Shown: one piece after another, positions 24,713-36,700 of the stretch | How the letters are laid out: each line of letters starts with the position of its first letter | How positions within the stretch are numbered: the first letter of the stretch is position 1 | NCBI GenBank assembly: GCA_039096225.1 | Contig: JBBPEB010000014.1 | Span: 2,170,001 to 2,234,000 of the forward strand | From: Blastocystis sp. Blastoise | Lineage: Eukaryota; Protista; Bigyra: Opalinata | Length of the DNA stretch: 64,000 bases | Reading direction: 5' to 3' | Notes under the pieces: model-generated | Told to the model about the DNA's origin: nothing | The model's database searches: none | Seen by the model: the letters and a program-made list of their open reading frames with translations, nothing else | Translations under genes and position numbers: made by a program

Positions 24713-26187
24713 TATTTGTTTTGCAATATTATAATACCAATGACCTATAGAGTATAAATAATAGATAAAAATAATTATATAAATAAATACATAAGAATTA
24801 AAGAAAAATATTAATCTATATTTCGACAGTACAAATTGCAATTTTTGATTTATCTATAAAAATAAAAAATAGAATATTATATAAAAATAAAACATACAAT
24901 TCATTGTTCTTTATTATAATTAATTATATTTGATCTATATAAATATATAATGATAATGTTAATATATATATATATATACTATTATTGACAATGATTTATT
25001 AAGCATTCCTATATATAATTAGTAATAGTATATAAAGACAATAATATATAGAAATAATATAAAGATTGGAAACAATATAAAATAATATACCAGAAAAAAT
25101 GGCAACAATAGATAGCAACCAAGGTTTATTACATCCTATATATAAAACATATATATAAATACAATGATAACTATACTTTATAATGAAGAAAGAGAATAAA
25201 AAATGTATTATATCCAAAAAATAAAATATTACCAATAAAACTGGAAGTAAAAAATATTCTAAAAAATAAGAAACAATAATATATAATAAACCAATAAAAT
25301 AAATATACTGATGACGCTGATAGTGTTCTATGACTCTGTCATAGCTGATTTGAAGATTATCAATAATTTTCTTATTATTCATAAATGAATGACTGGTAGT
25401 AGTAAAAAGAGAAGAATCTCTTTTCCATTCAGAATTCTAAAAGAATTATATATATTGACAGTATAAATAGTTAAAATATATACTAAAGGTTCATCTATAA
25501 GACTTGCTTTTTCAGTTATTTTGTATCCATCTTTATCAACAACAACAAAACCAAAAGAACTAGCGAAGTTACCTTTTTGTCTTTTATCATAGAACGCTTT
25601 TTTTATACATCGTATGATGTCATAGTCATTTATTGACTTAACTCTCTTATGGAGAGACATGTAGTCTTTTATGACTAAAAGAATAAGATTATATAATGAA
25701 TTATTTTCGTCAACGCACACATGATCTTTCTCTTTTTTTAAAATATATTTTGCTTTTATTAATTCTGAATCTTTTAAGATATATGGAATTAGTCGTAAAC
25801 ACTTCTATAAAGATTATTTAATTAAAAGAATATAAAATGAGACATTAATTAGAGAACAGGTTATACTTTTATTTGTTTTGTTGTATCTTTTATGGCTATT
25901 ACTTTGATATGTCTCAAAAGAGCTTCTTTTCTCAGAAAAGTCTCTATATCGTATGTAAGATATTTACATTCTTTTTTTCCTAAAATGATTATAAACATCA
26001 TATAGAATATACCGGATGTGTCAGGAGAGATGAGAGATCTATAAAATTCATGAAAAGATCCCAACATTTCAATTTTGAATTGTTTTAGTTTTTTCATTTC
26101 CTTTTCAGTCAACTTAGACCTATAATTAGGGAGATAAAGATCATAAAAATGAATAAAAAATGCTTTTTGGTCATGTTTTGTTAACAT
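24713..26187 (-). CDS. Hypothetical multi-exon protein, basic N-terminal half and hydrophobic C-terminal exons; 3' end uncertain
   Basis: ORFs 25861..26187, 25379..25720 and 24999..25382 join through short GT-AG introns (e.g. ...IDEPL|NSEWKRDSLF...MNNKKIID). Confidence 0.5.
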
Positions 26188-26510
26188 ATTAAAACGAAAG
26201 AATTTTTATAAGAATTTCATATTATGGTTTATTATTGTTTTTAAAAGTCTCAAAAAAAAAGTGAAATTATTTATTATATTAAACAATATAAGGTCTCGTC
26301 ATATTATGTTTTTAAAACAATGTTCTATCTTTTTATGTAGTTAGTTGTTGCATGATCTGTAAAATAATTTATAATTGCAATTTGTTTGCTAATACTTCAT
26401 AAATAAACAATAAATATAATGGTTAAATCGTTTATTATCACAATATAAAAAGATATAGAAAAGAAAATTAAACAAAATTTGTTTAGAATGATATTTTATT
26501 TTTTAAACAA

Positions 26511-26560
26511 CTAGGGTCACGCCGCAGGTCCGGGGCCTAACGGCACCGGACCGCGGCTGC
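26511..26560 (-). mobile_element. Helitron-type 3' terminus: GC-rich hairpin followed by CTAG|T
   Basis: Minus strand reads GCA GCCGC GGTCCGG T GCC GTTA GGC C CCGGACC T GCGGC GTGACC CTAG|TTG: a 15-bp interrupted stem ending 6 nt before CTAG, with T as the next base. It is the most GC-rich spot seen in the window. Confidence 0.7.
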
Positions 26561-27099
26561 ATAAAATAATAACAATTTGGCTTTTATTTTCTTTTTTTCA
26601 TTATTATATATTATTTATTATTATTTATTATTTATTATCTATTACATATTATATAGTATATATTATTATTTATTATTTATTATTTATTATTTATTATGTA
26701 TTATATATTATATATTACTTTAATAACACTTCTTATACTCTATATGGAGAGTTACAATCATTTATTGATTGTAATCAGGTTCAATTCCTAATATAAGAAT
26801 TAAATAAACAATTTAAATAATATAAAAAAACTAAAAACAATACTTGAAAGAAAATTAAAAAACTATTTTGAATCATTATACATATTATTTATTATTTTTA
26901 AAATATATTTTGTATTTATTAATAATTAAACAACTGTTTTAAACATTTTGTGAGTTTTTAAAGTCAATAACTTTAGAAATGAGTCACAATGTGAAGAACT
27001 CTGAAGTATTTTTAATTCATAAAATTTATTTAAATAAACGTAATAAAATAATTTAAACTCATTTTCATACTTTTTAAAAGAATTTTGAAGTTTTAAGTA

Positions 27100-28620
27100 T
27101 AACAAAGTCAACATTCATTTTCACTTTGACAACTAAAACATTATTTAAAAAGTTAATATTTTTATATTCGTCTCAAATAATGATTTTAACATAAATAACT
27201 CAAAATAGTAACTTTTAAAGAGACTTTACCCATTCAAGATCCACTGTATCAGAATAATTTCCGTCAGTCTTTTGATATAGTATAGAGTTTATCATACAAT
27301 TTATTAAATAAAAGTAAATGTTTTGAATCTCTTTCTTAAAGACCCTTTTTGACACATTATGAAAAGTTGACACACTTAAACTCATTTTTAAATGCTAATA
27401 TTTACACACTTTACTTAATATGACCATAGCTACACATTGGTCATCACTTTAAAACATTTTATAAACCTTTTGCATTTGCTCATTTACTTCGACCAAAATA
27501 TTTTCGTCCCTCCTTTTGATATAATATAGAGTGTGTTGTCTAATTATATGAAAGCGAGGGGGAATTTTGAATCTCGTCCTCTAAGTCAATCATTTTTACA
27601 TTTTTCAAAATTAAGACCCTTAGAGTTGATTTCTGAAGTTAATTTTTCTACAGTGTTCCAAAAACACGATTTTGCACAAACTGAGTGAAAAATATTTTTT
27701 CAATAACTCTCACAACCCTTTACACATCCACTCTCTAAAAATAGATTTTGCTATATTTTTGATATGTTGTAGAGTGTCTCTTAGTGTATACTGAACAATA
27801 TCTCGTTTCTTAAAACTCTCATTTTATGACTCTCTTTGAACATATTTTTACTAATTGAAAGGCTTAAACATATTTTTAAAAGCTAATATTTACATAGTAG
27901 ACTCTATATGACTCTATAAACACATTAGTCATCACTTTAGACTTTTTAAAGACACTTTACCATTTGGTCATACACTTTGATCAAAATATTTTTGTCCCTC
28001 CTTTTAACATAATATAGGTCATACAGTCTAGTTTAATGACTAAACACTCTTATTTTGAATCTCGTCCTCTAAGTCACTCATTTTTACATTTTTCAAAATT
28101 TAAGACCCTTAGAGTTGACCTTTTGACTCAATTTTTCTACAGTGCACGAAATTCACGATTTTGCTCAAACTGAAGTAAAAATAAATTTTAAATAATAGTC
28201 ACAACCCTTCACACATCCACTCTCTAAAAATTATTTTCTTTGAACTTTTGATATGTTGTAGAGCTACTATAGCTGTACACTAATTAATATCTCTAAATTT
28301 TTTATTCATAGTTTAAGACTATGTTTTACACATTCTTTTAAATTTGACAACCTTAAACTATTTATTTAAAGCTATTATTCATAAAATAGACTTAATATAT
28401 GATTCTAAACACATATATAAACCCTTTTACTTTTTAAGACACATTTTGTCATTTGGTCATACACTTTGACCTTCATAATTTTGACTCTTGTTTTGATATA
28501 GTATAGAGTAATATCTCAAGTTTATTAAATAAAAGTCATTATATTGAATCTCTCACTCTAAGACCACTTAATTCACATTTTTCAAAATTGTCACTTTTAA
28601 ACTCGTTATTTTAAGACTTT
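27100..28620. repeat. Diverged tandem array of about six 244-bp monomers with a ~488-bp dimeric higher-order period
   Basis: Anchor TTTTGATAT..T(A/G)TAGAG recurs with its GATAT core at 27274, 27518, 27761, 28006 (variant), 28250 and 28495. Alternate monomers are more alike (gaatctcgtcctctaagtca at ~27569 and ~28057). Confidence 0.9.
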
Positions 28621-28967
28621 GTTTTAACTATAGTAGTTTGAGGACCTATTGATTACTATGATACAATATTAGTCCATTATAAGAAGATCGAAGAAAATAT
28701 CGATCACTCAAAAATCGTCCTCAGGAGCTGAAAATCGCTACACCTAGGTTTTTGGACCTCCTGAATCAGAATATCATGTCAAAATAAGAATCTAAATTTG
28801 ACCGTTAAGGTCTCACGTGTTCAATATGAAAAAGTATTAAAAAATAGATAAATATAAAGAATAAACACGGATAACGTATATTGTGGGATTGAGAAAAAAT
28901 CAAGTTTACCCCATGTTTATTTTCCAATTGTCTGGTCAACAATTTTTATCGGGGTCATCCCAAAGAG

Positions 28968-29190
28968 CCAATCAAAAACGACTCAAAAATCATGTTTTCT
29001 GTTCTTTTATTAATAACTTTTTAATTATAAACAATATCGCTTAACCAAATATACGGTGCACAACTACATGTTATATCCTATTGAACTGTGTTTCAACCAA
29101 AAGTTAACTCCCCGTAAGTTTAGAGGAGTTGTGGGTACAAACTATAGTATACCTTAGCCAATCAAATGCATTTTCCAAAAACTGACCAAT
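28968..29190 (+). promoter_or_regulatory. Three CCAAT (NF-Y-like) boxes upstream of the transposase
   Basis: AGCCAATCA at 28966 and 29156, GACCAATGA at 29184; they match the extended RRCCAATSR consensus. Confidence 0.4.
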
Positions 29191-29611
29191 GAGAATTTTT
29201 TTGCCTATTTGCTTTATAATAGTAATGATAGCATTCTAAAAGCTGAAATAAATAAAGAATTTTGATATATATTAGATATCACACTTCGAATCAAAAAGTA
29301 TATATAGTAGAAATTATTAAATTAAGAAGGACTAAAAATTTATTGAATTAATTATATTTAAAAGCATTTGAAACAAATTTTCTTTTGGTGTATATAATAT
29401 TTTACTTTCATTAGACGTATGTATAATATAATGAGTAATTCGATCATATATTTTTATAATATTGATACAATTAACAATTTGATCTACACTCAACAAACCT
29501 ATTATGCTAAATAAAACATAAATAAAATGAAATTTGAGATAATTAATTCAAATTATTAATATAAAAATCTAAATTTTTCTCAACATTATTTTTCTTTATT
29601 CTATTTCTAAA

Positions 29612-32600
29612 ATGGGTACACGACTTTTTGATATTCCTGGTTTTCAACCAAAAAGGAATCGTAATGATTCTACTACTTATATACATATGTATACATAGGT
29701 ATCTCAATTGATGATGAACTTCCTACTATGACAAATGATTATGAGGATACATTACAATATTGTGAAGACTCATTTCAAGGTGATAACACTAGTTCTCAAG
29801 AAGAAGTATCAATAATGGATTCACTTTTAGATAATGTAGTGAATTGCGTATATATATATTATTTAAATATGTTTTATAATGGATATAATCATTAATCCTA
29901 TTTATAATAATGCATATATATTATTGTAGAATAAAATATTCAAAGAAGACGAAAATAAAACATCAACACTTGATGATTTTATATATATTTGTTGGTGTGA
30001 ACTTAGGATAAGTAAAGAACACATAAAACAACTTTACGAGTTAGCAAATAATATAATCAAATTAGTAGCACCACAACATGAATTGCTATATATTCCGAAG
30101 AGTGGCCAAGACATAGTTCGAAAGTATTGTTCTTCCAATAATGAGATACCAATTCACAAAAATCTATATATTTGCAGAAACTGTACTAAGTTACTAGGAT
30201 TTAATGGAGGAAGAAATCTATTAGAGCAGGAAAAGATACAATGTAGTAATGAAGAATGTGGACCAAATACAGGTATATATATATACATATAGTCATTATA
30301 TATATACTATCTTTATATATGTTTTTTGTATATTAATATTAGTATATAATACCATTATAGTATTCTTATTATAATTTTTTGATATATTGTTCGATATACA
30401 ATTCAATTATCATTAGATATATCATTATTATATATATTATTTCAATAATTATTATTGTTAGTATATTATAGTAATATTATTTGAAACATTCCTTTCTATT
30501 ATTCTTAATCTAATATTTCAATATATTGTTTGCTATATAGGATTAACGTATTTCTTTATATTTATATAATATTCCAATTCATTATTTTATTATATTATTC
30601 AATTTATTATTTTTAATATATTTATCCTTAATCCATATTATTTTTAGTATATATATATTATTATTGAATATATAAATTTGATATACTTCTTCATATATAC
30701 TATTTTATTAGAATAGAATATAATTCTTATTATAGACAATAATATACACTATTTTTAAATATTAATAATTTGAATATTAGTATATGTAGAGTCTATATCA
30801 TTCATTCTTATTATATTATATATATCTCAATTTCATTCTCAATATTTCCATTATTATTATTATTGTTTATACATAATATACATTATATTCAATATAACTA
30901 TTCAAATATATAGGAATTAAAACATCAATTATTCCTCTTATACCACGAATTCGTAAATTCCTATCTTCTAAGAAGTTTATAAATGAAATATCATACTATT
31001 CTAAAGAACAAATAATTCAATATCTTTCTATGCCTGTAGAATCTTTGCCAAGCAAGTTACCAGCCTATATGTCAGGTAAGAATTATCGACAGTATATGAG
31101 TAAGGTCATAAATAATGGGGATATATTTTTGACATTTGATATGACATGTGATGGAATAAGTGTTTTTACAAATCCATTATCACAGATTAATCAATCTTCT
31201 TTTCCTATTCTTCTCAAGTTATTGAATTATAATTATAATAGAATATCAGATAATCGTTCTTTCTGGGTTTATTCAGTAACAAAGGAATCATATTCTAATA
31301 CCATTCTAACTTTATTAATAAAAGAATTTTCTATACTATCATCTGGAATAGAAATGGATATATATATAGATAATAGGATTATAAAGAAAAAAGTGGTTGG
31401 AGTATTACTAAATGTTTTTGGTGATTGTGCAGCAGTTTCTACTATTGGTGGTTTCTCTGGATCTTCATCTTCATTCCCATGCAGATATTGTGAGCTTAAT
31501 TGGAATCGAAGTACATCAGAATTCCACCAAGGAATAAAATGTACATATCAAAGTATTGAAAATTATATTACTGTTGATACTAATAATAAAAGTATTAAGA
31601 GAATCTTGTATCCTTCATGTTCTCTAAATTCTTCTCAAGATAATAATGCATATAATACTAATCAACCCAATGACAGTAATAATAGTAGTATCCAAATTCT
31701 TACAAAATCAATTCCTTCTAGTTATATATATAATGATGCTTTGACTAAAATATCTTATTTACAAAGAACAAATTCTTCTATATTGCTTAATAGATACAGT
31801 AATGGAGAGAGTGGATCTACTAATGGAATAAAACAAGTTCCTAGTGTTTTTGAATCATTAACCTATTTCGATTCAGCTACAAGTTTTATTCTTGACCCTA
31901 TGCATTTGTTTAATAATGTTTGTACTCTTCTTTTATGTCTTCTGTTTCATTATAATGCAAAAGATAATTACTCAAAGATATCAAAAGAAGGAATAGATCC
32001 TAGTGAATCATTAATTGAAAAACTATGTTTTGATAAAGAAAATATGTCTATTATTACTACTAGAGTATCTGCAGTAAATACATTATATAATAACCATGAA
32101 TATGAGTTTAGATATATCATGAATGAAAAGAAGTTCTGGAGGATGTCTTCACATTCCAGAATATTCTTTACCTCCTGTATCTTACCTCTTATTACTGCAG
32201 ATTTCTATTACACAGATTCTCCTCTTGTTATACTAATAGATCCATTAGCAACAATCATTCGTCAGATATATTGTTTTAAAGGTAATTCTTCTCCTCAGAA
32301 TCTGGAGGTATTTAAAAATCAATGTAATATAATATGTTTCCTTTTCGAGTTATTACTCCCAAAGGAGTTGATAAATACTCAGATTCATTATCTGAAGCAT
32401 CTTCCAGAGACTATTATTAACGCTGGATCAATTATATATGCTTCCACATACGAATCAGAACGATTTTACTCTTATCTAAAAAGAATAACTTTTGGAAGAA
32501 AGCAATATAATGAATCCTGTATGAGATGCATTATTGAAAGAGAAATAGCAGATATACATATTAATAATAAAAATATTGATAGTAGTAATTCTAATCTAAG

Positions 32601-33457
32601 TTTAGAAGGAAATAAAGAAACATATGATGAAGTTGGGATTGAATTAAATGAGGATGAATCATTTCAGAATGAGTTAACTGAATGTTTCAAAGAAGTTCAT
32701 ACAAACAATGAACGTATTAAACTCATAAAAGGTATTAGAGGAATTGATTCTATTGATTTATCTCAATCAGATATAAAAGAAATAATAAAGCTTCTTCTGT
32801 TATCAAATGACAATCATATTAAAGAAGTATTATGGAAAGATATAAATTCTAGTAAAATAGCAAATATAAATAGTAGTATTAATGATCCTGATATATATCG
32901 AGTATTAGTTAATAATCTAAAAAATGTAGTAATAGCATTCTATTCTGAGATAATGATAAATGATTCTATAATATTTAATTCTTCTGATATAGATGAAGGA
33001 ATAGAAACAATTGATAATTCTTATATAATGTATTTAACAAATGATAATGAGAAGAAAGATATAGTACACCTAATTAAGGCATTATATTATATCCAAATAG
33101 GATCATCTATTCTGATAAAGAAACATGAATATCCTGAGTGTCATATTTCTTCAACAGGTTTGTATTATATTGTAGAAGATTCAAATAGAATTATACCAAA
33201 GGACAATGAGTATTCATCTTTTATACCAGTAACATGTATTGAACCAGATAATCTTATTATTGTAGACGTTCATGATGATATTCATAAGAATATTGATGAT
33301 TCATATGAAGAAAAACAAGTATATTCATTTAATCTGTTTTTGTATCAGTTTATAATTATATATATAGGCCAAGAAGGTAAAACAGAAGAATAAAAATGTA
33401 GTTAGTTCTGAAATCGTTGTTACAAATACAGTGTTTATGACACGCCATATTACCTAG
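29612..33457 (+). CDS. CACTA/EnSpm (CMC superfamily, Transposase_21-like) DDE transposase, 5 exons, apparently intact
   Basis: Spliced model: CRNC...CSNEEC zinc knuckle; IPLIPRIRKFL; first Asp in FDMTCDGISVF; second Asp in VFGDCAA followed by GF.G.....PCRYC; LDPMHLF; HYLKHLP..I..AG...YASTYESERF (catalytic Glu). GT-AG introns keep frame from ATG 29612 to TAG 33457. Confidence 0.85.
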
Positions 33458-33719
33458 ATATATCAATTTTATAAATAAATATAATCTTCTATATATGAAT
33501 ATTATTAATTTTGTTTTTAATTTTATATTATATTGTGTTTGAATAATATATATTATTTTGATATTAATAAGTATATAAACATTAACGTTTTGTTAAAAGA
33601 TATTTAATACAAAACTTAAAGTATGTAGATAACATCTTTTATTATATTAGATGATTGTATCATAGATCTATTTCTATTAATTACTTCATTTTAAACATAA
33701 TATAAACATTAAGAAATAT

Positions 33720-36700
33720 TTCTTAATTTATAAGAAATCTAAATAATATGAAGTATTCCATTACCAGAAAAAAATAAGATATCCGACAAAGATATACAAA
33801 ATATGAAATGTATATAGAATGTGTTCCGGAAGTAGAAAGAAAGGAAAAAGTTAGTAGAGTATATTTAATGACATATAAAGCTAGTAATACATTTGAGAAT
33901 AATAATTTAAAATTAGGTATATTGAATAAAATAGTTATCATAATAAAGCTATATTGAGTACTAAATATATGCTAGTAAAGTTAAATTAAAGATAGATATG
34001 TATCAATATTTTCTGTTTAAGGATATACCGAAATGTTTACTACAGGATAATAATCTATATTATAATCATGAAGATAAGAAGAATGATAACGAAGAGGATA
34101 TTATGTGTCATCAATAAAATAATCATAAATAGCGGTTTTCTTGGAAATGATTTCACATTGAGAATGATATATTTAAAGATCTCTCAATGGTTCTCATTAT
34201 AATTTCGTTTATCATATGTATATTGACGATTATTATGATATTATTCAATATATCGTGTATTATTAGATTTATATTGTTATATAGAATCAGAAGAAGGTCT
34301 TATTCTTGTATCTTGTTGTGGTGAGTAATAGCCACTGTGATGGATGTATTCTTGTTGATAATGTATTCTATGCATAGGAGAAGGAATAGAAGCTCTATAA
34401 TTTATTTTTGTAAGTTTTACTGAAGGAGGAGGAATAGAAGGAGTTTTAGATTAACTTGAAGAAGTCATAGGAGTAAAAGTAATTAATAGTATAGAAAGAA
34501 GATGATTATTATCTTCTCTCAAATTTGATTTCAATGAGGATTGAAGACAATAATTTTTTTCTTTTCGATTCATTTTTAGTTTGTAGATATAGTTTTAGAA
34601 TAATAATAAGTATCTATTTGTATTTCAGTATTAAGAGCTGTATAAATAATATTATAATAGGAGAATTATTTGAAGTATATCCAAAGATATCTGAACATCA
34701 ATTTTTTTTGATTCTTTTTGTTTTTATATGTTTCTTTTTCATTTATGTTAAAACTTTTTATGAATAGAAGATTAACATTATTCGTTGCAATATTTAGATC
34801 TGTAGTAATTGCATGATTACTAGTATTATTATTATTATCATTGTTATCATAGTTAATTTTACACCAGCATCACTGAATACATTTGGAAGAAAATTAAATA
34901 AAGTTTTCCTAATAGCTATATCTATACTAATATATACATCTGTTCTTTATCACAAATATTTATAGAAGTATCATTAATATATATAGTATATTATCAGATT
35001 ATTTAGAAGATTTATTATTATAAGAAATATCTTATTAATTAGTGATTTCAGCGGATTTATCTGTGTCATAATACTAGTTTATGTTTTTTAGATTTATGTT
35101 ATTTATCATTTTTATCTTCTTTTACTACGGTTATAATACTCTCATTGATATTAAATATAGATGGACTATCCCATAAGCATATATAGTATTAGATATAAGA
35201 TATATCAGTAGTAATAGTGATAGTAGTAACATAAGTAGTAGCAGTGTAGAGATAAATTCATTCGTCTTATTCATCACTTGAGTTTCTTCTATACTTATAT
35301 TTGTTGACTCTTTATTAATTTCATTATTATTAGTATAAATAGTATAAATAGTATTTTCTTCCACTTTTACTTCTTCCTCCTTTTTATCAGAAGCTTCTAT
35401 TTCGTTATTATTATTATTATCATTTTCATCTTTATTATCATTTATATTATCTTTATCATTTATATTATCTTTATCATCTTCTTTTTCTTTTATATCCATT
35501 TTTTCTTCTTGACTAACATTATCTTTTTCTGATAAATTATTATTATCTATATTTATATTATTATTATTATAAAAAGAAAATGATAAAAAAGGTGTAGATA
35601 AATCATTATAAGAAAATTGTTTTGTACATATAGATGGATCTGGCAACATAGTTATATTAGGATTTGTTAATGATTCTATTAATTTATGTTTTAAATCTTC
35701 TAAATCATTTTGATTACCAATATGTTGTTTTTGAAGATAATGTAAATGAACTAATGGTGTAGATATTAATAATAAATGAAATTTTGAAAATGGTTCTTTT
35801 GGATCAAAATAAATAGGAAATATATTATAAATAGCCCAAAGAAAAGAAGAAGCAGATATAGTATCACTATACAAAGAAATAAGATCATAATTATAATAAT
35901 CTGAAAGAGAAGTAATTAAATCAGAATCAACTAGAGGATAAGGAGTATTAATATAAGATTTTACATCAATATGAGGTAAATTATTACATATTTCTGGTAT
36001 ATTCATTATAGTAGAAGGAGAAGGTCCTGAAGTAAAATGAATTGAACTATATGCTAATTTAGATGCTATATAACGTTGAGCTCGAAAATACAATTGTTGA
36101 GCTAAATATTTATTTTTAAACGTAGATATTCTTTCTTGTATTTTTTCATCAATTATAGATTGAGGTACAGATAATGAAGTTATATATAATAGTATAGAAT
36201 TTGCCTATAGAATAATATATTATTATTATATTTATTATATTTATTATATTTATTATATTTATTATATTTATTATTTAAAATAATAATAAAATATAATTAT
36301 CAATAGAATAATATTATAAAATAATTATTTAAAACAATAAATAATAATATTAATATTATATATATATATACCTTTAAAATAATTTGAGCCATTTCATAAA
36401 CACGACTATTTAATAAATTTTTAATAAATTCATCTTTTGATTTAAAATTATTTTCTTTTTCTAATACCATACTTCTATATCCTTGTATACTTTTAATACA
36501 TGTTCTTAATGTACTATCCATATCTTTTGTATCATTATCAGGTATAGTAAATGACACAGGTTGTTGATATATATAAGGTGATAATGGATAAGGTGAAGTA
36601 GTAGGTGATGTATATAGAGTAGTAGATATAGGTTGAGATATAGTTGGTGAATTATGATTTGCTAATATAGAAAGATATGGAGAATTTATTGGTTGATCAA

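Noticed and set aside
26751-26790. 9-bp hairpin followed by GGTTCAATTCC (tRNA T-loop / B-box-like)
   Set aside because: No D-arm or acceptor stem can be formed, so it is not a tRNA; at most an isolated B-box-like motif.
27100-28620. CRISPR-like or coding interpretation of the array
   Set aside because: Whole monomers are homologous (no unique spacers), the context is eukaryotic, and there is no ORF.
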